Shown: in pieces, positions 17,358-28,307 of the stretch
Position numbering within the stretch: position 1 is the stretch's first letter
How the letters are laid out: every line of letters starts with the position of its first letter
Assembly (NCBI GenBank): GCA_028716745.1
Contig: JAQUPE010000002.1
Span: forward strand, 29,819 to 93,818
From: Minisyncoccota bacterium
GTDB lineage: Bacteria > Patescibacteriota > Minisyncoccia > UBA6257 > 02-FULL-45-10c
Direction of reading: 5' to 3'
DNA: 64,000 nt
Position numbers and translations under genes: made by a program
The notes under the pieces: model-generated
Told to the model about the DNA's origin: nothing
The model's database searches: none
What the model saw: the letters and a program-made list of their open reading frames with translations, nothing else

Positions 17358-18053
17358 TTATCTCGCCAGACTTTTTAGCCTTTCAACTTCCAAAGGCGAA
17401 AGAATTCTAAATTTTCCCGGAGTTAATCCCCTGGAATCAATATTTCCTATTCTCAAACGTTTTAATTTCACTACGGTAAGATAAACCGCCGTTGTCATTC
17501 TTCTAATCTGATGCTTTCTTCCTTCTTTTAAAATAATTCTGAATTTATTGCTATCCATAATTTTTACTTTTGCGGGCAATGTCTTTTTCCCGTCCAGCTC
17601 AATTCCCTCCTCCATTTTTTTCGCTTTTCCATCGGAAATAGTTTCTCTTGTAAAAACTTCGTATTCTTTTTCAATCAAATGCTCCTTTCCGGTAATAGCT
17701 GAAGTCACAACTCCGTCATTGGATAAAAGCAACAATCCCTCGCTGTCTTTATCCAGCCTTCCTACTACATTTAAGTCCTTAAATTGAGGAAAAACATCAA
17801 AAACAGTCGTTCCTTCAAACTCGCTTTTGGAACAAACAACCTCGCGCGGCTTGTAAATCGCCACCGTAATTTTTTTCGCCGCTTCTTGCTTGCCCGCTCC
17901 GGAAACTTCAACTTTGTCTTTTTCGGGATCAATCTGCGTTCCAAGCTCGCGGACTATTTTCCCATTAACTTTAATAAGCCCCTTAAGGATAAAAGCTTCC
18001 GTTTCTCTCCTGGACAGCACTCCTTTTTGCGACAAATATTTCTGTATTCGCAT
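17358..18053 (-). CDS. rRNA pseudouridine synthase, RsuA/RluB/RluF family
   Basis: S4 domain, VGRLDKDSEGLLLL, EGRKHQIRRM. Confidence 0.92.
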   Translation of the reverse strand: MRIQKYLSQKGVLSRRETEAFILKGLIKVNGKIVRELGTQIDPEKDKVEVSGAGKQEAAKKITVAIYKPREVVCSKSEFEGTTVFDVFPQFKDLNVVGRLDKDSEGLLLLSNDGVVTSAITGKEHLIEKEYEVFTRETISDGKAKKMEEGIELDGKKTLPAKVKIMDSNKFRIILKEGRKHQIRRMTTAVYLTVVKLKRLRIGNIDSRGLTPGKFRILSPLEVERLKSLAR

Positions 18054-18097
18054 GTTTTGCTTTATAATATAGTATAAACTTTATTAATTCCAATATT

Positions 18098-18823
18098 ATG
18101 GTTGAATCATCGGTTGTTATCAGAACTAAAAATCAAGGCAAATGGCTCGGAGAGTGTCTTAAAAGATTATCCGAACAGACATATAAAAATTTTGAAATTG
18201 TCATCGTTGATTCCGGCTCCACCGACAACACTTTGGAAATTGCCAAAAAATACGGGGCTAAAATTTTTGAAATAAAACAGGAACAATTTTCTTTCCCCTT
18301 CGCGTTAAATTACGGATGCGAACGGGCATCTGCCGAAAAATATTTTATTTTTATGAGCGGACATTGTTGGCCGATTTCCAAAACCTGGATTGAAGACGGA
18401 ATGAAGGATTTTAGCCTTGCCGAAAATATTATGGGAGTATATGGCCCGGTTTGGGCGCTTCCGGACGGAAGTTTTTGGGAAAAAATAATCTTCAATAAAT
18501 ATATCAGCATTATTAAGATGCTATTCAGAAAAAAAAGAATTGTCAGAAAAGACGAAATGGGCGCCGTGGGATTTACCAACGCCATAATTAAAAGAAAACT
18601 ATGGGACGAATATCATTTTAATGAAGCTTTTGGATTCGGCGGAGAAGACAGCGACTGGGTCCGCCATTGGTTCAATAATGGAATGATAGCCGTAAAAGAC
18701 ATAAAATTTTCCATTTATCATTCTCATGGATTAGGGCTTAAAAAATTGCTCGAACAGCATAAATATTGGGGCTCCGTACAGACTCCCCAGCCGTTCAGAG
18801 AACTAACTCATAGAAAAAAATAA
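18098..18823 (+). CDS. Glycosyltransferase family 2 (rhamnosyltransferase-like)
   Basis: SVVIRTKN, IVDSGSTDNT, GGEDSDW, YHSH. Confidence 0.88.
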   Translation: MVESSVVIRTKNQGKWLGECLKRLSEQTYKNFEIVIVDSGSTDNTLEIAKKYGAKIFEIKQEQFSFPFALNYGCERASAEKYFIFMSGHCWPISKTWIEDGMKDFSLAENIMGVYGPVWALPDGSFWEKIIFNKYISIIKMLFRKKRIVRKDEMGAVGFTNAIIKRKLWDEYHFNEAFGFGGEDSDWVRHWFNNGMIAVKDIKFSIYHSHGLGLKKLLEQHKYWGSVQTPQPFRELTHRKK

Positions 18824-18826
18824 ATT

Positions 18827-19588
18827 ATGGATTATTTTAAAACAGAAGAAGACTTCAAAAAATTGTGCGGTTATGATATCGACGGCAAGTGGTATCCGCG
18901 CGTTACGAAAATCGTGGAAATAAAATCCAAGCCGGCGCTTTATATGTTTTACGGCGGAATGCCCAGCTACTCCGCCGCCAAAGCCATGACTGCCAAGTCT
19001 GCCACCGAAGGAACATTAATACACGAAACAGTGGAAAAATTTATGATCGGCGAAAAACCGGAAATTGCCGCTGAAATAAAACCGGCCGTTGACGCCTTTC
19101 TTAATTTTTTTGAAATGAACAACATTCAAATAGACAAAGATTTTGTAGAAAAAAGAATTTGCCACCCAGAGCACAGATATGCCGGAACAATCGATACGCT
19201 GGCGCTCATTGACGGAAAATTCGGCGTGCTGGATATAAAAACTTCGCAGGCAATTTACCGGGATTATAATCTGCAGACCTCGGCATATATTGAAGCGCTT
19301 ACATCGGAATTTCCAAACCTGGAAACGCGCTGGATTTTGCGGATTGACCAAACCAGAGACTGCTTGCGCTGCGGCGCAACTCTCCGCCCGAAAGGAGGAA
19401 CCAATAAAATACGCAAAGGAAGGCTTCCTCTCTGCCACGACGGCCAGCACGAGTGGACGGATCTCACCGGAAAAATAGAATTGAAAGAATTTCCTTTTTG
19501 GAAACAAGATTTTCAGGCATTTTTAGGAGCTAAAAAATTATGGGAATGGGAAAACGAACTTTGGCTCCAAAAAATCGGCTATTTATAG
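18827..19588 (+). CDS. PD-(D/E)XK nuclease family protein with a Cys/His insertion
   Basis: GTLIH, EKRI, YAGTID, LDIKTS, LQTSAY; CLRC...C..H segment. Confidence 0.8.
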   Translation: MDYFKTEEDFKKLCGYDIDGKWYPRVTKIVEIKSKPALYMFYGGMPSYSAAKAMTAKSATEGTLIHETVEKFMIGEKPEIAAEIKPAVDAFLNFFEMNNIQIDKDFVEKRICHPEHRYAGTIDTLALIDGKFGVLDIKTSQAIYRDYNLQTSAYIEALTSEFPNLETRWILRIDQTRDCLRCGATLRPKGGTNKIRKGRLPLCHDGQHEWTDLTGKIELKEFPFWKQDFQAFLGAKKLWEWENELWLQKIGYL

Positions 19589-19730
19589 TAAAAAATAATT
19601 TGCAGATGCTAAATTAATGATATTTAGCACCAAATTTTCCATACTTTAACGCTTAATTTGCTCCGCCTATTATTTGAATTTTTTTTATTCACATTTTCCC
19701 TTATTTTTTGAGATTATATACATATAAGTA

Positions 19731-19739
19731 TGTTATAAT
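19731..19739 (+). promoter_or_regulatory. Extended -10 promoter of the giant-protein operon (near-leaderless)
   Basis: TGTTATAAT located 9 nt before the ATG at 19749. Confidence 0.55.
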
Positions 19740-19748
19740 AATCTTTAT

Positions 19749-22700
19749 ATGAAAGTCGGGCACGTCTCGCGTAAAAATTTTGCTCTGACATTTTTTATTG
19801 CTGTTTTTATTTTCGGCTTTTTAGGCCTCATCAATACATCTCTCGCCTGGACTAGCCCCACACAGACCCCTCCCAATGGGAATGGGGTTGTTTCCGCATC
19901 CAGCGGATTTCTTGGAGTCGGCGGAATAACTGCTCCCGCCCAATCTCTTCAAATAAAAGCTTCTGCCGACAACGGAGTTTATCCTCTCGACATTACTCTT
20001 CCCAATGGAAACAGAAGGGCAGCGTTTTATTTAGCCAACGGAAACGGTTCATTTTATCTTTACGATTCTGCTAACGCCACCAAAGTACTTTTAACATCTT
20101 ACATGAACGATCCGAGCTATTTTAATATTACAAACGGAAATTTCGGACTTGGAACAACTGTGCCGACAGAAAAATTTGACGTCAGAGGAACTTCATACTT
20201 CGGAGGAAATACTGATATCTACGGACACATAACTATTAATAACAGCGGCGGCGTAGTAAAAATACAACCCGGGACAGTCACTTCTCCGGGAATTCAAATT
20301 GCCGGCGATCCCAATACCGGAGTCTATAGCCCCGACGCGGACAGAATATCATTTGTCACTGCCGGAACAGAAAGAATATCTATTCTCGCAAATGGAAATG
20401 TCGGAATCGGAACAACCAACCCCACTCAGCCTTTCAGCGCAAAATCTGGAAGCACAGTGCTTAATTTTTCAGGCAGCGGAGAATTTTTAACTAACGCAGT
20501 ATTTTCACAATTGGGAGCAACCAGCTATCTTGGAAATACAATTACCAACTACAGCACCGTCGATGATTTAAAAATAGAACCGCGAACAAATACAAAAAAT
20601 CTTTTATTGGCAACCGGAACAGGAAATGTCGGAATTGGAACAACCGCGCCGATGGGAAAAATTGATTTGGGAACTACGGGAGATTTTATTTTTGGAACGA
20701 CAACAGAAAAAATAAATTTAAGCGGAAATTATTTAAGACTTAAGGCACGAGGAAGCTCTGTTGCTTCACAAGAAATAACTATAAGCAGGCACGATGATAC
20801 CTATGATTATTTAAAACTTGACACTGATTCAATTATTTTTACTTGGAGAAAAGCGGCCGATATTAATGGAAACACAAATATTTATGGCTACTACAATATG
20901 TCCGGCGGAACATATCTTAATATGGGAGGCAGCCCAATTTACGGCAACACCACAGCCTCCGGAAATCTTACTCTCCACTCAACATCGCATGCCACAAAAG
21001 GAATTGTCCGTATTAATCCTTCTGGAGGAAACGTCGGCGTAGGAACCACTGCCCCTTCAGCCGCATTTGCAGTAAGCGGATCTATCTATACCTCCGGCGG
21101 ATATGTATTTCCCGATGGAATATTATTTACAGGAACCGGAACTTTCGGACAATGGTCTAAAACCGGCGCAAACATTTATCTGACTAACAGCTCTGATAAT
21201 GTTGGAATATCAACTACTACTCCAAATCAAAAACTGCGGATTGATTCCGGAAATATTAAATTAAGCGGCGGTTCAGGATTTGCCTGGAAGGGAATATCCG
21301 GATCAGACTCTTTTTCTTCTATGACAAACGGGCTATTTAAATTGTATTACGGCAACGACAACGATGGCTCATTGGTTTTAAATACCAACGCTAGCTCTCT
21401 TACAGAAATTTATGCCACTGGCGCATCCACCGGCTTAACCCTTGGAGTTAATAGCGCGGAAAAAATAAGAATCTCCCCCGCCGGAAATGTCGGTATCGGT
21501 TCAACCGGACCGACAGCCGAACTTGATGCAAGCGGACGCGGAAGATTTTCTCAAGGAATACAAATTACAGGAAATACATCTTTCCCCGCCGACACAGGAT
21601 TAGTTTTAAGAAGCTACGCGGGCTACAAAGAAATTCAATCTTTTAATAGCTCTCCTATCGCTCTCAATCCTGTCGGCAATAATGTCGGAGTTGGAACAAC
21701 CACTCCATATAATACTTTTGCTGTTTCTTCTGCAGGATCCGATCAAACACTTTTTAGATCTACCGGAACTTCCTATGGAACAGTAAATATAGATGTCGGG
21801 GGAACAGGAATTCCTAATTTGCAATTCAGGCAAGCCGGAGTCGCAAAAGCCGCAATCGGAGTTGATGCTGCGGGAAAATTATTATTTGGAATACCAAATA
21901 CCTCCAGCGCAAAAATGCTCATCGATACAAACGGAAATGTTGGAATTGGAATAGCAACGCCAACCGCGCAGCTGCATATTCCATCAAAAATACCGACAGC
22001 AGCAACCGGAGTAGCAACAACTTCAGATAAGCCAATTTCTCTAACTGTCCAGGGAAGATATGCCTATGTAGGAACCGAGGATCTTTCTAATTTTCAAATT
22101 TTTGATATTTCAAACCCTACCGCGCCCTTACTTATGGGGTCCACCGGACTTGGAGCTTATGATGTAATACTCTCTCCCCGTGTTCAGGGAAGTTATGCTT
22201 ACGTATTAAACAATACTGACGCGCTTCTTTATGTCGTTAATGTTTCCAATCCAATAACCCCTGTAATTGTGGGAAGCGTAGCAACTGGAGCATCTCCTTA
22301 CGATCTTTATGTCTCAGGAAAATATGCATACGTAGCAAACTACACTCCAAAAACTCTTCAGATATTTGATATTTCTAATCCGCACTCGCCAATCAGCGTA
22401 GGCAGCGTCGCCACAACGGACAATCCTCAAACTGTTTATGTTCAAGGAAGATATGCATACGTTGCGGGCGCCGATCTTCAAATTTTTGATATTTCAAACC
22501 CTGCATCTCCCGTAAGCGTTGGAAGCTATGCAACAATGGGAAGCACTCAGACCGTAGTAGTTCAAGGAAGATATGCTTATATGGGCAGTTCCGGATCGCA
22601 AGTGCTTGAAGTTCTTGATGTTGCAAATCCCGCAGCCCCATCAAGCGTAACTTGGATTAGCACAGGAGTAAGCACAAGAGTTTATTCTGTTCAAGGAAAA

Positions 22701-24020
22701 TATTTATATGCCGCTAACGGAACTCAATCTACTTTTCAAATTTTTGATATTTCAAACCCTGCATCGCCGACAAGCATGGGAACTGTTTCCACGGAAACCA
22801 CTCCTCAGTATGTCTGCGTCCAAGGAAGATATGCATATATAGTAAATTTTAATTCAGACTCTCTCCAAGTTTTTGACCTCAGCGGATCATACATACAACA
22901 ATTAGAAGCAGGCGGAATAGAAACAGGAACTTTATCTGTTAGAACAAATGCAATTATCAATAATGATTTGGATGTAAGAGGAGGTTTGCAGATAGGAGGC
23001 GGACTGGCAGCATACGGAGCTTCTTCATTCTTCAGTACCAGCACTGACAATATTCTTTCTGTTGCAAGAAAAGGAGGAACTTATCCTACTGTATTTAAAG
23101 AAGGCACAGACGGAGCCTTTATTTTGAATAATAATAATGTTGATGTTTTAACATTAAAATCAGGCAATGTAGGAATAGGAACCACCGCCCCAAGCGCATC
23201 ATATGGAACACTGACCGTCGCCGGTACGGGAGTAACTATTTCAGACGATGGCAATGCCAAATTACAGCTTGGACGATACAGCGGGGCCGCTGACTATTCC
23301 TATATTAAAGCTTCCGCTGCATCGCAAGGATTTAAATTTTCAAATGCCTTGGACACTGCAGATTTGGTTATTATAAAAAATGCCGGTAATGTAGGCATCG
23401 GCGTTGATCCGGGAAGCTATAAACTTAATGTTAACGGACCGCTTAATGCCACAGCTCTATGGGAAAATAGCAGCAGCAAACCAACCGATAACTATGCACT
23501 AAGAGGAACATGGACTGATCTCGGCAGCTACCCTTCCGCCTGCAGCGGTTATAATATGGCAACCGGAATTGGAGATACCCTAACATGCGGATTCAACGCA
23601 TACCCTGTTTACGCAAGCGAAACAACTGCCAATCAACGCATTCAAACCGATACAAATACAAACGTTTATGTTTATCTGGATGAAGTAAGAGATCCTCAGG
23701 GCAGATGGAATTCCGATTATTATTATTCCTGCCCGGTAACCGGCTATTACCAAGTCTCCGCCGGATTTATGGCATCTGATGTAGAAGCCGGCAAATGGGC
23801 TGAAGCCATTATCGCTGTAAGCGGATCGGCAAGATGCGTTCAATCTAAATCTCAATATGGAGTAGGTGGATGGGAAGTTTGGCAAACTTCTTGTAAGGTT
23901 TATTGCACGTCAAGCCAATCCATTTCCTTAATGACTAAAAGCGCCGATCCAGATTACTATATTAGATATGAGCCTGGCATCGGCTATGCCTATATTTCAA
24001 TTTATCTTGCCGGATTATAA
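19749..24020 (+). CDS. Giant secreted repeat protein 1 (GNVGIGT fibre repeats, LVIVD propeller, Cys-rich/C1q-like tip), 1423 aa
   Basis: Signal peptide ending SLA|W; many GNVGIGTTxP repeats; about 7 VQGRYAY...DISNP repeats; CPVTGYYQV in the C-terminus. Confidence 0.85.
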   Translation: MKVGHVSRKNFALTFFIAVFIFGFLGLINTSLAWTSPTQTPPNGNGVVSASSGFLGVGGITAPAQSLQIKASADNGVYPLDITLPNGNRRAAFYLANGNGSFYLYDSANATKVLLTSYMNDPSYFNITNGNFGLGTTVPTEKFDVRGTSYFGGNTDIYGHITINNSGGVVKIQPGTVTSPGIQIAGDPNTGVYSPDADRISFVTAGTERISILANGNVGIGTTNPTQPFSAKSGSTVLNFSGSGEFLTNAVFSQLGATSYLGNTITNYSTVDDLKIEPRTNTKNLLLATGTGNVGIGTTAPMGKIDLGTTGDFIFGTTTEKINLSGNYLRLKARGSSVASQEITISRHDDTYDYLKLDTDSIIFTWRKAADINGNTNIYGYYNMSGGTYLNMGGSPIYGNTTASGNLTLHSTSHATKGIVRINPSGGNVGVGTTAPSAAFAVSGSIYTSGGYVFPDGILFTGTGTFGQWSKTGANIYLTNSSDNVGISTTTPNQKLRIDSGNIKLSGGSGFAWKGISGSDSFSSMTNGLFKLYYGNDNDGSLVLNTNASSLTEIYATGASTGLTLGVNSAEKIRISPAGNVGIGSTGPTAELDASGRGRFSQGIQITGNTSFPADTGLVLRSYAGYKEIQSFNSSPIALNPVGNNVGVGTTTPYNTFAVSSAGSDQTLFRSTGTSYGTVNIDVGGTGIPNLQFRQAGVAKAAIGVDAAGKLLFGIPNTSSAKMLIDTNGNVGIGIATPTAQLHIPSKIPTAATGVATTSDKPISLTVQGRYAYVGTEDLSNFQIFDISNPTAPLLMGSTGLGAYDVILSPRVQGSYAYVLNNTDALLYVVNVSNPITPVIVGSVATGASPYDLYVSGKYAYVANYTPKTLQIFDISNPHSPISVGSVATTDNPQTVYVQGRYAYVAGADLQIFDISNPASPVSVGSYATMGSTQTVVVQGRYAYMGSSGSQVLEVLDVANPAAPSSVTWISTGVSTRVYSVQGKYLYAANGTQSTFQIFDISNPASPTSMGTVSTETTPQYVCVQGRYAYIVNFNSDSLQVFDLSGSYIQQLEAGGIETGTLSVRTNAIINNDLDVRGGLQIGGGLAAYGASSFFSTSTDNILSVARKGGTYPTVFKEGTDGAFILNNNNVDVLTLKSGNVGIGTTAPSASYGTLTVAGTGVTISDDGNAKLQLGRYSGAADYSYIKASAASQGFKFSNALDTADLVIIKNAGNVGIGVDPGSYKLNVNGPLNATALWENSSSKPTDNYALRGTWTDLGSYPSACSGYNMATGIGDTLTCGFNAYPVYASETTANQRIQTDTNTNVYVYLDEVRDPQGRWNSDYYYSCPVTGYYQVSAGFMASDVEAGKWAEAIIAVSGSARCVQSKSQYGVGGWEVWQTSCKVYCTSSQSISLMTKSADPDYYIRYEPGIGYAYISIYLAGL

Positions 24021-24034
24021 ATAAAATATAATTT

Positions 24035-27000
24035 ATGGAAAAAATTAATCAAAAAATAAAATTTATAATCATCGGCGCCGTTTCTATTGCGGGAGCTTTT
24101 GCTTTTTCACAATCGGCTTTTGCCTGGTCAAATCCTGCCCAATCCCCTCCCGCCGAAATAGGATCTCTTAAATTTACCAGCGGCTTTCTCGGCATAGGCG
24201 GAATTGTAACTCCTTCTCAATCTCTCCAAATAAAATCTGCTTCTATTAATGGGGTCTATCCTCTTGATTTATTAAATAATTCTTCCGGCAGAAGGGCGGC
24301 GTTTTATATAGCTAACGAAAATGGCTCGATATATTTTTATGATTCCGCGGGAGCTGAAAAAATATTACTTACTTCTTACTGGGGCAATCCAAGCTACATT
24401 AATACCAGCGGAGGAAATTTTGGAATAGGAACAACAGATCCGCAATATAAATTGGATGTAAAAGGAAGCGTCCGCGCAACCAGCAACATCTGGGTATATG
24501 GCAGCATAATAATGAGCAAGAGCGACGGAGTTATTCAAATGAGGGCCGGGACTGCTGCTCTTCCGGGTATTGTAATCAGCGGTGATGAAAATACCGGAAT
24601 ATTTAGTTCTGGCGCCGATAAATTATCATTTTCCGCTGGCGGCACAGAAAGAATTACTATGCTGGACAATGGAAATGTAGGAATTGGAACAGCTACTCCG
24701 GATTCCGCATTTACTGCTATGGGCGGCACTTTTAAATTACAGGTAAAATCTGGGGAAATATTTACCAGCGGATTTTATGCCCAACCGGGAGGAACAACCT
24801 ATCTCGGCAATACTATATATAATTATGCGACCGATGCCGATTTAACGGTAAATCCCCGCACAACTTCAAAAAATCTTCTATTAGCAACCGGAACCGGAAA
24901 TGTCGGAATTGGAACAACCGCTCCATTAGGAAAACTAGATATTGGGTCAACCGGAACCTTGGCTTTTGGAGCAGCTACCGAAAAAATAGAAAGCATAGGG
25001 CACTCCAGCGGAAAATACATTACTATCACCGCCAGAGGAGGCGCCACTTCGGCAAGATCTATTTGGATGGGAAGAAGAGGAGATGACTATAACTATCTAT
25101 GGATGGATACCGACGCCACTAAATTCTCATTCCAAAAAGGAATGCAGATTGTCGGAGGAAGCAATATTTATGGAAATCTTGTTTTTGGCGGAAGCACATA
25201 TCTTCTCGGCATGGGAGGCAGTCCGATTTACGGAAATAATACATCTTCCGGCAACCTTATTCTTGATTCAACATCAAGCGGAACAAAAGGATTCGTTCTT
25301 ATTAATCCTTCAGGAGGAAATGTAGGCGTGGCCACCACTTCTCCAGGAGCCGTATTCGCGGTTAATGGAACTATTTATTCCAACACAGGATATAAATTCC
25401 CGGATGGAGCGCTTATAACTAATGGCGCAGGGTTAAATTCTTGGACAAGAGCGAATCCAAACACCTACCCAACTACCATCGGCAATAATATCGGCATAGG
25501 AACCTCTTCCCCTGACGAAAAATTGCATGTAGCAGGAAATATTAAATTATCCGGAACAGGAAAATTAATTTGGGGAATGAATTCCTGGATTAATTCTTCT
25601 GATGGATTATTTACTCTCAATGCTCCTTCCAATTCATTAAAACTAGACGTAAATCCAAGCGGCGTTTCTCAAATCCTTACTTCTGGCGCCTCCAGTCTTA
25701 CTCTTGGCGCTAGCAGCACAGAAAGAATTAGAATTTCCGCCGCTGGAAACGTTGGAATAAATTCAACAGACCCAGGCGTTGAATTTGATGTTACCGGACG
25801 AGGAAGATTTTCTCAGGGAATGCAAATTACCGGATGGCAAACATTCCCCTCAGGAACGGGACTTATCATGCGCGATGCCGGCACCTACAAAGAAATACAA
25901 TCTTTTAATTCCACTCCCCTTGCGCTAAATCCTGCAGGAAATAACGTCGGAATTGGAACCACCGATCCAATCGCCACATTTACCGCACAAGGAGCTGTCT
26001 CCGACATAGCCTTATTCAAATCTACCGGCTCATCTTATGGAACAGTAAATATAGATGTCGGAGGAACAGGAATTCCTAATTTGCAATTTAAACAGGCTGG
26101 AACAGCAAAAGCTGCAATCGGAGTTGATTCTCTAGGAAAATTAATATTCGGATTAGCCGATACTTCCGCCATAAAGATGACTATTGATACAAATGGAAAT
26201 GTCGGAATAGGAACAACTACTCCGTTGGCGCAATTATACGTAGCCGGAAGAACAACTCCTGTCCAAACTGGTTCCGTAGGATCAAGTTCGAATATTTATA
26301 ATACTTACATGGCCATTCAAGGAAATTATGCCTATCAAGTAGATGCTGAGGATTCTTCCGTTCTTCAAGTTATTGATATTTCCAACCCGGCCTCTCCAGA
26401 AATTATTTCGTCAACAAATCTTGGTGCTATATCTTTGGATATAGCCGTCCAAGGAAAATACGCATATATTACCGGCCCAGATTTGAAAGTTTTTGATATT
26501 TCCAATCCGAAAGCTCCGGTGAATATTTCTACGCTAGGCATAGTCGGAGATAAAATTTATGTCCAAGGAAAATATGCGTATGTGGCAACAAACGTAAATT
26601 ATGGCGCTCAAACTTTAAAAATTGTTGATATTTCAAATCCATTTGTTTTAACTACTGCCGGCTCCGTTGCAGCAACAAATATACCTACCGATATCTTTGT
26701 CCAAGGAAGATATGCCTACATAGCCGGCTATGACGCAAATTGCAAAATAGCTGATATTTCTAATCCGGCCTCGCCTGTAATAGTCAGTTCTTTTTCGACT
26801 ACCGATGCGGCAACTTCTATTTATGTCCAAGGAAGATATGCCTATATTTCTACAAGCCCGATGAACTCCGGCAATTTATTGGTGTATGACATTTCTAATC
26901 CCGCCGCTCCATCAAATATAGCAACACTAGGTCTGGGCAATGATGTTAAATCTATTTATGCCCAAGGAAGATATGTTTATGCAGGAGTAAGACTTTCTAA

Positions 27001-28291
27001 TAGTGTTCAGGTAATAGATGTTTCCAATCCTGCCACTCCCGTACTCTTCGGATCCGTTGGCGTAACTGCTCCATGGACTGTTTCAGTAAGAGGAAGATAT
27101 GCATATGTAGGAAATGGAAATAGCTTAACGGTCATCGACCTCGGCGGAGCCTACATACAGCAATTGGAAGCAGGCGGAATAGAAACAGGAACTTTGTCTA
27201 TAAGGACAAATGCTTCAATCAATAATGATTTGGATATAAGAGGAGGCTTGCAGATAGGAGGCGGACTGGCGGCATACGGAGCTTCTTCATTCTTCAGCAC
27301 CAGCACTGACAGCGTCCTTACTGTTGCGAGAAAAGGAGCGACATATCCTACTATATTCAAGCAAGGTACGGATGGAGCTTTTGTCTTAAATAATAATAAT
27401 GCCGATGTTATGACGTTAAAATCCAGCAAGATTGGTATTGGAACTACCACTCCTAGCTTGTCTTATGGAACTCTTACTGTTGGAGGTACAGGACTGACTA
27501 TTTCTGACGATGGCAATGCTAAATTGCAGATTGGAAGATATAGCGCGGCTGGAGGCAACGACTATTCATATATAAAGCCGTCAACTGTATCTCAAGGAAT
27601 AAGATTTTCAAACTCTGCCGATACGGATTGGGTTACTATTAAAAACAACGGCAACGTCGGAATCGGAACAACTGATCCGGGCATCTATAAACTCAGCGTA
27701 AGCGGATCGCTTGATTCTACGGGAATATATGAAAACGGGACTACTTTGAATAATACTTATGTAAATAAAAGCACATGGACAACGCACGACAATTATCCTT
27801 CCGCTTGCGGATCTGGATTCGCATCTGGGATTGGAGACTCGCTGACTTGCGGATTTAATACATACACCACTTACGCCACAAAATCAGGCGCCGAACAAAG
27901 AATTCAATCTTATGGCTATGCCGATATTACTATTGATAGACAGGCAGACACGGACCCTAATGGATTATGGACCTCCAATTATTATTACGATTGCCCCGTA
28001 GATGGCTATTATCAAGTAGAAGGCGGATTTATGGCCTCGGACATACAAGCATATTCTCCGACTTCAATCGCCGTTGCGGTAAACGGAACTATTAAGTGCT
28101 TTAATAAAAAACCTCAGCTATCAGGGGCAGGATATTGGGAGTCTTGGAATGTTTCCTGCATTGTTTATTGCACAACAAGCACGCATCAATATATAACCCT
28201 GCAAGCCCAAAGCGACGATGGAGATTTTAAAATCCAGAATGCCGTCGGTGCCGCATATACTTTCATTTCAGTTAACCTTGTAAGCAAATAA
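24035..28291 (+). CDS. Giant secreted repeat protein 2, 1418 aa
   Basis: Colinear paralog; signal peptide ending AFA|W; same repeats. Confidence 0.85.
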   Translation: MEKINQKIKFIIIGAVSIAGAFAFSQSAFAWSNPAQSPPAEIGSLKFTSGFLGIGGIVTPSQSLQIKSASINGVYPLDLLNNSSGRRAAFYIANENGSIYFYDSAGAEKILLTSYWGNPSYINTSGGNFGIGTTDPQYKLDVKGSVRATSNIWVYGSIIMSKSDGVIQMRAGTAALPGIVISGDENTGIFSSGADKLSFSAGGTERITMLDNGNVGIGTATPDSAFTAMGGTFKLQVKSGEIFTSGFYAQPGGTTYLGNTIYNYATDADLTVNPRTTSKNLLLATGTGNVGIGTTAPLGKLDIGSTGTLAFGAATEKIESIGHSSGKYITITARGGATSARSIWMGRRGDDYNYLWMDTDATKFSFQKGMQIVGGSNIYGNLVFGGSTYLLGMGGSPIYGNNTSSGNLILDSTSSGTKGFVLINPSGGNVGVATTSPGAVFAVNGTIYSNTGYKFPDGALITNGAGLNSWTRANPNTYPTTIGNNIGIGTSSPDEKLHVAGNIKLSGTGKLIWGMNSWINSSDGLFTLNAPSNSLKLDVNPSGVSQILTSGASSLTLGASSTERIRISAAGNVGINSTDPGVEFDVTGRGRFSQGMQITGWQTFPSGTGLIMRDAGTYKEIQSFNSTPLALNPAGNNVGIGTTDPIATFTAQGAVSDIALFKSTGSSYGTVNIDVGGTGIPNLQFKQAGTAKAAIGVDSLGKLIFGLADTSAIKMTIDTNGNVGIGTTTPLAQLYVAGRTTPVQTGSVGSSSNIYNTYMAIQGNYAYQVDAEDSSVLQVIDISNPASPEIISSTNLGAISLDIAVQGKYAYITGPDLKVFDISNPKAPVNISTLGIVGDKIYVQGKYAYVATNVNYGAQTLKIVDISNPFVLTTAGSVAATNIPTDIFVQGRYAYIAGYDANCKIADISNPASPVIVSSFSTTDAATSIYVQGRYAYISTSPMNSGNLLVYDISNPAAPSNIATLGLGNDVKSIYAQGRYVYAGVRLSNSVQVIDVSNPATPVLFGSVGVTAPWTVSVRGRYAYVGNGNSLTVIDLGGAYIQQLEAGGIETGTLSIRTNASINNDLDIRGGLQIGGGLAAYGASSFFSTSTDSVLTVARKGATYPTIFKQGTDGAFVLNNNNADVMTLKSSKIGIGTTTPSLSYGTLTVGGTGLTISDDGNAKLQIGRYSAAGGNDYSYIKPSTVSQGIRFSNSADTDWVTIKNNGNVGIGTTDPGIYKLSVSGSLDSTGIYENGTTLNNTYVNKSTWTTHDNYPSACGSGFASGIGDSLTCGFNTYTTYATKSGAEQRIQSYGYADITIDRQADTDPNGLWTSNYYYDCPVDGYYQVEGGFMASDIQAYSPTSIAVAVNGTIKCFNKKPQLSGAGYWESWNVSCIVYCTTSTHQYITLQAQSDDGDFKIQNAVGAAYTFISVNLVSK
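27135..27549 (+). repeat. 415-bp near-identical tract shared with 31450-31864
   Basis: Hand alignment shows about 8 substitutions and no indels. Confidence 0.85.
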
Positions 28292-28307
28292 ATAGAAATT
28301 ATAAAAT

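Noticed and set aside
19607-19629. Inverted repeat TGCTAAAT/ATTTAGCA upstream of the giant-gene operon
   Set aside because: A weak AT-rich stem that may be a terminator or operator, but nothing else supports a call.
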